Assembly: GCA_012295275.1 (NCBI GenBank)
Contig: CM022670.1
Location: 25,606,001 to 25,670,000, forward strand
Source: Chrysomallon squamiferum
Taxonomy: Eukaryota > Animalia > Mollusca
DNA length: 64,000 nt
Reading direction: 5' to 3'
This document shows positions 43,860-55,700 of this stretch, in pieces (the first letter of the stretch is position 1; each line of letters starts with the position of its first letter). The notes beneath the pieces are model-generated. The model was not told the origin of the DNA and ran no database searches. It saw nothing but the letters and a program-made list of their open reading frames with translations. A program made the translations under genes and the position numbers.

Positions 43860-46800
43860 ATGAAGGTAGGCAAAATTTATAAATTATTATTATTATTATT
43901 ATTATTATTATCATCATCATCATCATCAACATCATCATCGTCGTCGTCAGCGTCTTCATTTTTATCATCTTTTTCTATCATCATCATAATATTTTTGTCA
44001 TCATAATTTTGATTTCTTGTTATAGAGAATTGCTTAAAACCTATTCCAGGTTACGTTAGCGCTTTGTTCCATCGTATTCATAGTACCATCGCAGAATTTT
44101 TCTGCAACGGTAGCAACAGCAGCTGAAGCTAAAGACTTAGCTGAATGCAGCTTTGGTGATGTTGTTTCCGATGGGATTTATCTAAAGGGAAATGACTTTC
44201 TCATAAAAGAAAAAACAAATCTTTACAACAACTGCAGAAACAAGAACAAAACAAAATTGGAACTGATCAAACTGATCCAATATTATGAGGGTAGAATAGG
44301 TCATAAGAAAATTGGAGTGAAAAATCATTGCAGACATGGCGACAGAGGAAGAGGGCACCACAGCAACGTTCGCGGCAGAGGACGTCGCCGACATCGCGGA
44401 GGAAAAAGGCACCACAGCAACGTTGGCTGCAGAGGACGTCGCCGACATAGCGGAGGAAGAGGGCACCACAGCAACATTGAAGGCAGAGGACGTAGCCGAC
44501 ATAGCGGAGGAAAAAGGCACCACAGCAACGTTGGCTGCAGAGGACGTCGCCGACATAGCGGAGGAAGATGGCACCACAGCAACATTGGCCGCAGAGGACG
44601 TCGCCGACATAGTGGAGGAAGAGGGCACCACAGAAACATTGGCCGCAGAGGACGTCGCCGACATCGCGGAGGAAGAGGGCACCACAGCAACATTGGCCGC
44701 AGAGGACGTCGCCGACATAGCGGAGGAAGATGGCACCACAGCAACATTGGCCGCAGAGGACGTCGCCGACATCGCGGAGGAAGAGGGCACCACAGCAACA
44801 TTGGAGGAAGAGGACGTCGCCGACATAGCGGAGGAAGAGGGCACCACAGCAACATTGGCCGCAGAGGACGTCGCCGACATAGCGGAGGAAGATGGCACCA
44901 CAGCAACATTGGCCGCAGGCAGAGGACGTCGCCGACATCGCGGAGGAAGAGGGCACCACAGCAACATTGGCCGCAGAGGACGTCGCCGACATCGCGGAGG
45001 AAGAGGGCACCACAGCAACATTGGAGGCAGAGGACGTCGCCGACATAGCGGAGGAAGATGGCACCACAGCAACATTGGCCGCAGAGGACGTCGCCGACAT
45101 CGCGGAGGAAGAGGGCACAACAGCAACATTGGAGGCAGAGGACGTCGCCGACATAGCGGAGGAAGATGGCACCACAGCAACATTGGCCGCAGAGGACGTC
45201 GCCGACATAGCGGAGGAAGATGGCACCACAGCAACATTGGCCGCAGAGGACGTCGCCGACATAGCGGAGGAAGAGGGCACCACAGCAACATTGGAGGGAC
45301 GTCAGAGGACGTCGCCGACATAGCGGAGGAGAAGATGGCACCACAACAACATTGGCCGCAGAGGACGTCGCCGACATCGCGGAGGAAGAAGGGCACCACA
45401 CCACAGCAACATTGGCCGCAGAGGACGTCGCCGACATAGCGGAGGAAGATGGCACCACAGCAACATTGGCCGCAGAGGACGTCGCCGACATAGCGGAGGA
45501 AGATGGCACCACAGCAACATTGGCCGCAGAGGACGTCGCCGACATAGCGGAGGAAGAGGGCACCACAGCAACATTGGCCGCAGAGGACGTCGCCGACATA
45601 GCGGAGGAAGATGGCACCACAGCAACATTGGCCGCAGAGGACGTCGCCGACATAGCGGAGGAAGAGGGCACCACAGCAACATTGGCCGCAGAGGACGTCG
45701 CCGACATAGCGGAGGAAGATGGCACCACAGCAACATTGGCCGCAGAGGACGTCGCCGACATCGCGGAGGAAGATGGCACCACAGCAACATTGGCCGCAGA
45801 GGACGTCGCCGACATCGCGGAGGAAGAGGGCACCACAGCAACATTGGAGGCAGAGGACGTCGCCGACATAGCGGAAGATGAAGATGGCACCACAGCAACA
45901 TTGGCCGCAGAGGACGTCGCCGACATCGCGGGAGGAAGAGGGCACCACAGCAACATTGGCCGCAGAGGACGTCGCCGACATAGCGGAGGAAGATGGCACC
46001 ACAGCAACATTGGCCGCAGAGGACGTCGCCGACATCGCGGAGGAAGAGGGCACCACAGCAACATTGGCCGCAGAGGACGTCGCCGACATAGCGGAGGAAG
46101 ATGGCACCACAGCAACATTGGCCGCAGAGGACGTCGCCGACATCGCGGAGGAAGAGGGCACCACAGCAACATTGGCCGCAGAGGACGTCGCCGACATAGC
46201 GGAGGAAGATGGCACCACAGCAACATTGGCCGCAGAGGACGTCGCCGACATCGCGGAGGAAGAGGGCACCACAGCAACATTGGCCGCAGAGGACGTCGCC
46301 GACATAGCGGAGGAAGATGGCACCACAGCAACATTGGCCGCAGAGGACGTCGCCGACATCGCGGAGGAAGAGGGCACCACAGCAACATTGGCCGCAGAGG
46401 ACGTCGCCGACATCGCGGAGGAAGAGGGCACATTAGCAACATTGGAGCAACATTGGAGGCAGAGGACGTCGCCGACATAGCGGAGGAAGATGGCACCACA
46501 GCAACATTGGCCGCAGAGGACGTCGCCGACATCGCGGAGGAAGAGGGCACCACAGCAACATTGGCCGCAGAGGACGTCGCCGACATAGCGGAGGAAGATG
46601 GCACCACAGCAACATTGGCCGCAGAGGACGTCGCCGACATAGCGGAGGAAGAGGGCACCACAGCAACATTGGCCGCAGAGGACGTCGCCGACATAGCGGA
46701 GGAAGATGGCACCACAGCAACATTGGCCGCAGAGGACGTCGCCGACATCGCGGAGGAAGAGGGCACCACAGCAACATTGGCCGCAGAGGACGTCGCCGAC

Positions 46801-49800
46801 ATAGCGGAGGAAGATGGCACCACAGCAACATTGGCCGCAGAGGACGTCGCCGACATCGCGGAGGAAGAGGGCACCACAGCAACATTGGCCGCAGAGGACG
46901 TCGCCGACATCGCGGAGGAAGAGGGCACAACAGCAACATTGGCCGCAACCGACATAGGAGGAAGGGCACCACAGCAACATTGGCCGCAGAGGACGTCGCC
47001 GACATAGCGGAGGAAGATGGCACCACAGCAACATTGGCCGCAGAGGACGTCGCCGACATAGCGGAGGAAGAGGGCACCACAGCAACATTGGCCGCAGAGG
47101 ACGTCGCCGACATAGCGGAGGAAGATGGCACCACAGCAACCGCATTGGCCGACATAGCGGAGAAGGACGTCGCCGACATCGCCGACATCGCGGAGGAAGA
47201 GGGCACCACAGCAACATTGGCCGCAGAGGACGTCGCCGACATCGCGGGAGGAAGATGGCACCACAGCAACATTGGCCGCAGAGGACGTCGCCGACATCGC
47301 GGAGGAAGATGGCACCACAGCAACATTGGCCGCAGAGGACGTCGCCGACATAGCGGAGGAAGAGGGCACCACAGCAACATTGGCCGCAGAGGACGTCGCC
47401 GACATAGCGGAGGAAGAAGCACCACAGCAACATTGCAGAGGACGTCGCCGACATAGCAACACCACAGCAACATTGGCCGCAGAGGACGTCGCCGACATCG
47501 CGGAGGAAGAGGGCACCACAGCAACATTGGCCGCAGAGGACGTCGCCGACATAGCGGAGGAAGATGGCACCACAGTTGGCCGCAGAGGACGTCGCCGACA
47601 TAGCGGAGGAAGATGGCACCACAGCAACATTGGCCGCAGAGGACGTCGCCGACATCGCGGAGGAAGAGGGCACCACAGCAACATTGGCCGCAGAGGACGT
47701 CGCCGACATCGCGGAGGAAGATGGCACCACAGCAACATTGGCCGCAGAGGACGTCGCCGACATCGCGGAGGAAGATGGCACCACAGCAACATTGGCCGCA
47801 GAGGACGTCGCCGACATCGCGGAGGAAGATGGCACCACAGCAACATTGGCCGCAGAGGACGAGGACGTCGCCGACATAGCGGAGGAAGATGGCAACATTG
47901 GCCGCACCGCCGACATAGCAACATTGGCCGCAGAGGACGTCGCCGACATAGCGGAGGAAGATGGCACCACAGCAACATTGGCCGCAGAGGACGTCGCCGA
48001 CATCGCGGAGGAAGAGCAACATTGGCCGCAGAGGACGTCGCCGACATCGCGGAGGAAGATGGCACCACAGCAACATTGGCCGCAGAGGACGTCGCCGACA
48101 TAGCGGAGGAAGATGGCACCACAGCAACATTGGCCGCAGAGGACGTCGCCGACATCGCGGAGGAAGAGGGCACCACAGCAACATTGGCCGCAGAGGACGT
48201 CGCCGACATAGCGGAGGAAGATGGCACCACAGCAACATTGGCCGCAGAGGACGTCGCCGACATCGCGGAGGAAGAGGGCACCACAGCAACATTGGCCGCA
48301 GAGGACGTCGCCGACATAGCGGAGGAAGATGGCACCACAGCAACGTCATTGGCCGCAGAGGACGTCGCCGACATCGCGGAGGAAGATGGCAGGGCACCAC
48401 AGCAACGTCGCCGACATATTGGCCGCAGAGGACGTCGCCGACATAGCGGAGGAAGATGGCACCACAGCAACATTGGCCGCAGAGGACGTCGCCGACATCG
48501 CGGAGGAAGAGGGCACCACAGCAACATTGGCCGCAGAGGACGTCGCCGACATAGCGGAGGAAGATGGCACCACAGCAACATTGGCCGCAGAGGACGTCGC
48601 CGACATCGCGGAGGAAGAGGGCACCACAGCAACATTGGCCGCAGAGGACGTCGCCGACATAGCGGAGGAAGATGGCACCACAGCAACATTGGCCGCAGAG
48701 GACGTCGCCGACATCGCGGAGGAAGATGGCACCACAGCAACATTGGCCGCAGAGGACGTCGCCGACATAGCGGAGGAAGATGGCACCACAGCAACATTGG
48801 CCGCAGAGGACGTCGCCGACATCGCGGAGGAAGAGGGCACCACAGCAACATTGGAGGCAGAGGACGTCGCCGACATAGCGGAGGAAGATGGCACCACAGC
48901 AACATTGGCCGCAGAGGACGTCGCCGACATCGCGGAGGAAGAGGGCACCACAGCAACATTGGCCGCAGAGGACGTCGCCGACATAGCGGAGGAAGATGGC
49001 ACCACAGCAACATTGGCCGCAGAGGACGTCGCCGACATAGCGGAGGAAGAGGGCACCACAGCAACATTGGCCGCAGAGGACGTCGCCGACATAGCGGAGG
49101 AAGATGGCACCACAGCAACATTGGCCGCAGAGGACGTCGCCGACATCGCGGAGGAAGAGGGCACCACAGCAACATTGGCCGCAGAGGACGTCGCCGACAT
49201 CGCGGAGGAAGAGGGCACCACAGCAACATTGGAGGCAGAGGACGTCGCCGACATAGCGGAGGAAGATGGCACCACAGCAACATTGGCCGCAGAGGACGTC
49301 GCCGACATAGCGGAGGAAGAGGGCACCACAGCAACATTGGCCGCAGAGGACGTCGCCGACATAGCGGAGGAAGATGGCACCACAGCAACATTGGCCGCAG
49401 AGGACGTCGCCGACATCGCGGAGGAAGAGGGCACCACAGCAACATTGGCCGCAGAGGACGTCGCCGACATAGCGGAGGAAGATGGCACCACAGCAACATT
49501 GGCCGCAGAGGACGTCGCCGACATAGCGGAGGAAGAGGGCACCACAGCAACATTGGCCGCAGAGGACGTCGCCGACATAGCGGAGGAAGATGGCACCACA
49601 GCAACATTGGCCGCAGAGGACGTCGCCGACATCGCGGAGGAAGAGGGCACCACAGCAACATTGGAGGCAGAGGTCGTCGCCGACATCGCGGAGGAAGAGG
49701 GCACCACAGCAACATTGGCCGCAGAGGACGTCGCCGACATAGCGGAGGAAGATGGCACCACAGCAACATTGGCCGCAGAGGACGTCGCCGACATCGCGGA

Positions 49801-50733
49801 GGAAGAGGGCACCACAGCAACATTGGCCGCAGAGGACGTCGCCGACATAGCGGAGGAAGATGGCACCACAGCAACATTGGCCGCAGAGGACGTCGCCGAC
49901 ATCGCGGAGGAAGAGGGCACCACAGCAACATTGGCCGCAGAGGACGTCGCCGACATAGCGGAGGAAGATGGCACCACAGCAACATTGGCCGCAGAGGACG
50001 TCGCCGACATAGCGGAGGAAGATGGCACCACAGCAACATTGGCCGCAGAGGACGTCGCCGACATCGCGGAGGAAGAGGGCACCACAGCAACATTGGCCGC
50101 AGAGGACGTCGCCGACATAGCGGAGGAAGATGGCACCACAGCAACATTGGCCGCAGAGGACGTCGCCGACATCGCGGAGGAAGAGGGCACCACAGCAACA
50201 TTGGCCGCAGAGGACGTCTCCGACATAGCGGAGGAAGATGGCACCACAGCAACATTGGCCGCAGAGGACGTCGCCGACATCGCGGAGGAAGATGGCACCA
50301 CAGCAACATTGGCCGCAGAGGACGTCGCCGACATAGCGGAGGAAGATGGCACCACAGCAACATTGGCCGCAGAGGACGTCGCCGACATCGCGGAGGAAGA
50401 GGGCACCACAGCAACATTGGCCGCAGAGGACGTCGCCGACATAGCGGAGGAAGATGGCACCACAGCAACATTGGCCGCAGAGGACGTCGCCGACATCGCG
50501 GAGGAAGAGGGCACCACAGCAACATTGGCCGCAGAGGACGTCGCCGACATAGCGGAGGAAGATGGCACCACAGCAACATTGGCCGCAGAGGACGTCGCCG
50601 ACATAGCGGAGGAAGATGGCACCACAGCAACGTTGGCGGCAGAAAACGTCGCCGACATCGCAGAGTAAGAGTGCACCACAGCAACACTGGCTGCAGAAAA
50701 CGTCGCCGACATGACGTAAGAGCATGTCATTAA
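43860..50733 (+). CDS. Cluster gene G: secreted, highly repetitive Arg/His/Gly-rich protein (HHSNIGRRGRRRH[S/R]GGR[W/G])n; internal frameshifts in this assembly
   Basis: Micro-exon 43860-43865 (ATGAAG|gtagg). Exon 2 from 44050 reads VTLALCSIVFIVPSQNFSATVATAAEA...LIQYYEGRIGHKKIGVKNHCRHGDRGRGHHSN, directly into the R/H/G frame. The R/H/G reading is also the one that stays open through the last degenerate units to TAA at 50731-50733. As assembled, the first ORF shifts frame near 44917 and stops at 45048. Confidence 0.65.
44340..50715. repeat. GC-rich 54-bp tandem array, roughly 115-120 copies
   Basis: Unit CACCACAGCAACATTGGCCGCAGAGGACGTCGCCGACAT[A/C]GCGGAGGAAGA[T/G]GG. Indel-free from ~48420 to 50640; many indels from ~44917 to 48420. 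Confidence 0.98.
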
Positions 50734-51347
50734 AGGAACGGCAGAAGAATACGGCACAAAATATCGGAAGAATAGGTCATAAGAATATAAGCAAGAAACA
50801 TTTTTGCGGAATAAAGTGTTACGTCAATAATCTTCCCGGAAGAACAGCTTAGAAAGAAAACAAACAAATAAATAAATAATATCAAGCAGTAAATTATGTC
50901 TTTTTTAATTTTCTTTAATTCACTGTTATTTTATGTTTAGTGAGTAGTTAAATTTTTATTTATTTATTTTTATTTTTTTTATTTTTTCATTTTTATTATT
51001 ATTATTATTATTATTTTATTGTTATTTCGTAAAGGCATCGTTCTGTAATTATTTCTACTGCGATTTCTAAAACAGATGTTTTAAAACAAGGGCTTTCTTT
51101 TAAACAAGAAACCCATCGTCTTCTCTTCGGTTTTTTTTTTTTTTTTTTTTTTGGAGTATTTCTTAGGTGTATTTACATATGCATCATGAATATATTCGTA
51201 TTGTTATTTTCGTCCATATGAAAATGTCTGAATTGATTTATTTGAATTAATTTAATCACTTTAATATTTACCTGTTAACAAATATATTTCAGTATTCTGG
51301 CATAAGGTAATTGTAATAAAAGTATATAAACATTGTTATTATTATTA

Positions 51348-51394
<47 letters not shown>

Positions 51395-52090
51395 TTATGA
51401 ACGATACATTTTAAAAACAAAACTCCACTGTCTCTTTTGTGATATTATTTTCGGAATATATGAGATGTATAAATAAATCGTAGGTATTTACTGGTAGGCT
51501 GATATTGAATATTCTAACGGATTCCAGGATTGCCACAGAACATTTAGGTTATAAACGACGATCTCCGACCTCCCCGGCGGTTATTTACGATCATTACTAC
51601 CGCTATAATATTTTGATAGAGGAGAAAAAAAAATAGAGGTAATCTTGACCTTGTAATTAGGTACATAAATGCTAAAATATTTAAATATCACGCACGACAC
51701 ATTGTTTGTTATATACCTGGGAAATCATGTCTGTGTATTTGATTAGTGTATACCGGTCAATTACACAACAGTAATGGATATCTTCAACCATGAAATATAA
51801 GCGTCACGCGTTGTAATAAACGCAATTAGACAATGGATTTCACAGCATAAGAGCCATTACTTATGCATTTCAATACAGTTATCTTTCACTACCTTGGAAA
51901 TGTCCGCAGCAAGACGTCCTTTTGATACTTCTTTTATGCTCACTTGTTTAAATAATAGTCTACGAACATGATTTTTTTTAAAATATCAGATGCTACCTTC
52001 CGTGTTTCGTTGTTTGAGATAAACGTATAAAAAGCGGGTTTTTTACGGTCTAAGTTTACATCGTCGTGTTGTTTCAGTCACAGAAAGAAG

Positions 52091-52144
52091 ATGCATGTAA
52101 GTTTTAAATATTATTATAAACGTTACTTTACTAAATTTACTTTT

Positions 52145-52239
<95 letters not shown>

Positions 52240-52900
52240 CTGTCTATTCTTCTTCTTCTTCTTTCTCCCTGTTTCACTTTTCCTTTCTTTCTTTGTTTCT
52301 CTTTTTTTTATTTCTTTCTGTTTTCTCCTCTCTCATTTTACACAAATATAATCATTTCGGATGTTTTCGAAGTAGAAAATTATAAAATAATTAACAAAAT
52401 ACGTTAAACACTGTTTTTAAACTACTTTTTACTGAGTTTGTCTTTAAAATAAGGATCTCTGTTGATTATTATCGTTAGTCATAGATCAGTTAAGTAAATA
52501 AATAAAGTGAAATTATAATGGTTTATTTGACAGTTCATTTATTTTCTAACGATTGCTGCGTCCCTATGTGCCACGGTGATATCAAGAACTCTGACTAGAG
52601 AAGAAATATTTCAGTTGGTCAGTGCTGGTATTCCTGGCGTAGGTTCTCGTTACGGCGGTTCTGGTTACTACCCACATTATCCCGTGTACCCAGGAGGAAA
52701 CCCCAGAAGACGGTTTCTTCCAGCAGCATACCCGAGAACTGGTTCTAACCCTGCCAGGCCTTACCTACCAGGATTCCAGTCTCCAAACGTGAACAGACCT
52801 GCACCATACCAGTCGTGTACGCAAGACGACCCGTCCGCCACTTTTCAACTTTCTTCCGACAACAGATATATCCCTATGTAAGTTCATAAATCTAGATATG

Positions 52901-52931
<31 letters not shown>

Positions 52932-54289
52932 CTTTTTTTTTATTTCATTAAATGTCTTTGAAATTTTGACTTCGTGATAAGTAGCAGTGGTAGTAGAAGT
53001 ATTAATATCTGTCGTAGAAGTAGAAATAGTTCTAGCAGCAAGAGTAATTCTAGTAGTAGTAATGAAGGTAGCAACAGCTGTAGCAATTTTAGTAGTAATA
53101 GTTAAAACAGTAGCAATAAAACACTACTGCTACATAAACAATATTATTAACTTTTGGAATAAATATTTCTGTATATATTTTCTATTAGAAATGCAATTCA
53201 AGCTGAACTGGGCAAACAGGTACCTTTACACAACACACTTCTAACTATGAAACTGGACAGATCATACCAGAGGTAAGAATGATAAATACCTTTAGTAGTA
53301 TTATTATTTTATATTATACAGAAGGCTGAATGCAATTGTAAATATTTGTATGTAACTTTGTATGAAGAATTAAGTGTGATCAGCTGGAATTATTTACTAC
53401 TTAATCCATAAATACAGAATCATGTCATAGATACTAACATGAATCATGCCTTGAACTCTGAGATCATTAAATAATGATAATTTTATGGGAACAACAAAAT
53501 TAACTAAAATGTTTTGCCTTCATTAACCTTTTTAATATTTCTTAATTATTATTATATATATATTTTTTTGTCTGAGATCATTAGCCAGTTATCTAAATAT
53601 TACTGTTACTGTCGTTGTTGTAGTTACGTTGCAGGACAAGAGTTTGGTTCGTGTAAGACAACACTGGCACCACTGACTAATTTCTACAGCGCTAAACATG
53701 GCGGACGTTGCTGGGTTATACCTGATTATCAAGAGAAGGTAGAGTTTGCTATATGCAAGTAAGTAAAACAGTTTATAGATATTTAATATTTGACTATCGC
53801 CATTTTAAAAAACGATTACTGTCATTTTAATATTTAAATCTCTCTCTCTCTCTCACACACACTCTGTGCTTGTCTTAACACATATACCATTTTTTGACCT
53901 CATTACTGTCTATGATATTAAAATCCGCCAATCTTATTTTTGATTATTATTCAATTTCTAATGCTGATTTTTTTTTTTTTTTTTTTTTTTTTTTCGTTTT
54001 TTCTCCCCCCCCCCCAATTTTATTTTACAAAATTTATAAATAAACTATTACTTAATTAACACATTTTATTTTAGTACTAAATTGCAACTGACATACGTTA
54101 ATTTGTTTTCTTAGATTTGGAACTTGTAACACCTGTTCAAACACTGCTGTCCCGGGACTAAAGCCAAGGTGCGTGAAGAATTTCCGCTACGTGTCTGTAT
54201 GGGCGTTTTGTGAAAAATCTTATCAACGTATAGTTTACACCAGGCTCATCATCCCTGCGTACTGCACTTGTCAGCAGATTCAGTGTTAA
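52091..54289 (+). CDS. Cluster gene E: secreted Spaetzle-like cystine-knot protein with Tyr/Pro/Gly/Arg-rich N-terminus, ~247 aa
   Basis: Exons 52091-52096 (MH), 52534-52877, 53189-53272, 53624-53758, 54115-54289. Signal MHFIYFLTIAASLCATVIS. Knot SCKTTLAPL...GRCWVIPDYQEKVEFAICKFGTCNTC...PRCVKNFRYVSVWAFCE...RLIIPAYCTCQQIQC. Confidence 0.88.
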
Positions 54290-55332
54290 AACCATGAATT
54301 TGTCTGGAAAATGTATACTTTTCATGGTAACAATAGCGTCTATTAAACAGTGGAACAATAATTCTTTGTTTGATTTTACTTTCTGTTCTGCCTTTATTTA
54401 TTCCTTCGTTCTCTGATAGCGACTACTGACAGGTTAATCCAATTATGATATTTGTTGTAAGGATAATATAAAAGATCCTTTACTGTTGCTTGAACAAAAA
54501 AATAGTGGCTCATCTTGTGGAGACTGGGTTTCCTCTCAAACTTGCAAATTAAAACTATTGTTAAATAAGATATTTCCCCATGTATTTATTCATCCATCGA
54601 TATCTGTTGTGTCCGAGTCCAGTGAAATAGTGAAATACATTAACATTAATAATAATTGTGCGTGTGCGTGTGTGTCTATGTTTGTGTGTGCGTGTGTGTC
54701 TATGTGTGTGTGTGCGTGTGTGCCCCCATGCAATTTTTTATTTTTTTTAAATTTCTTATACAGTGCTAATGCAGAACAGAAAATCTCTTAACTGATCTTT
54801 GTTTGAGAATTATGGTTAATATTTATATAGAGTTATAAGACAGAGTTACAAGGAGACAAAACTGTTAAATACCAGAATTATAAGACAAAAATTATGCAAA
54901 GTGTATATATAAGGAAAGATATATTATTAAAATAAATAAATAAATACTGACGGTGACAAGTAATGCTCACTGAAGAAAATATAATAAATAACAGGCTCGA
55001 TATTAAAGTAAAGACTATTTTTCTAACTCAAGTCTACTACAGATAAGTGTACAAAAATAACTGTTGAATTTAAATAATAATACTAATAATAATAATAATA
55101 ACCCTCACACAAACCCCACAAAACAAACTATCATTTCTAATTCATAAATAACTTTTTAACCTCTAACAAGGAGTTTGGGTGGTTAGAACTCACGCCTAAT
55201 ATGTGATAAGTAGCAAGATCGTTTCATCTCGGTGCTCTGAGTTATTATTTGCAGTTCTAACCGTTCCCTCAGTTATTACGTATGAAAAAGATATAAAAGG
55301 ATCCCTATAAAATAGTTACCTTATTTGAACTA

Positions 55333-55700
55333 CAGTAATACTTCGGTTTGACGATGTAATTGGTTCCAAAGTTCCGATCGCTAAGTGAGGTATCGTTAAG
55401 CAGGAGACAAATTTACATAGAATTGAGGTTAAAAATAGTAGTTACGTTCTTGGTGAAGAGATTTGACATGAATACCACATGCACATATGATTCCTGCATG
55501 TCAACTGATCAGCACAGATGAGGAAAGCTCGTGACTCAACGAAAAACGAACGAAAAACGAACACAAGCATTGTACCCATTTGTAACACTGATTTCGAGCA
55601 ATTAACTATTAAATTTCGATTTATATAATTTGTAAGAAAAAAAAAAGATCGTTAAAGTGGGATATCGTTAAGCGGAAGATTGTTAAACGAGGTATTATTG
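55333..55700. mobile_element. Tc1/mariner-pogo-type MITE
   Basis: Imperfect TIRs CAGTAATACTTCGGTTTGACGA and TTGTTAAACGAGGTATTATTG, TA on both sides; subterminal TATCGTTAAGC repeated. Confidence 0.65.

Noticed and set aside
44340-50715. 54-bp array as a CRISPR array
   Set aside because: Units are head-to-tail with no unique spacers, no cas genes are present, and the context is eukaryotic.
44182-50757. Very long minus-strand ORFs (2120, 1430, 1273, 803 aa; Cys-rich or Ser/Ala-rich)
   Set aside because: They follow from a stop-free repeat unit, and no signal peptide or micro-exon architecture is visible on that strand. Not called as genes, although the synonymous variant pattern in the Ser/Ala frame is noted as a caveat.
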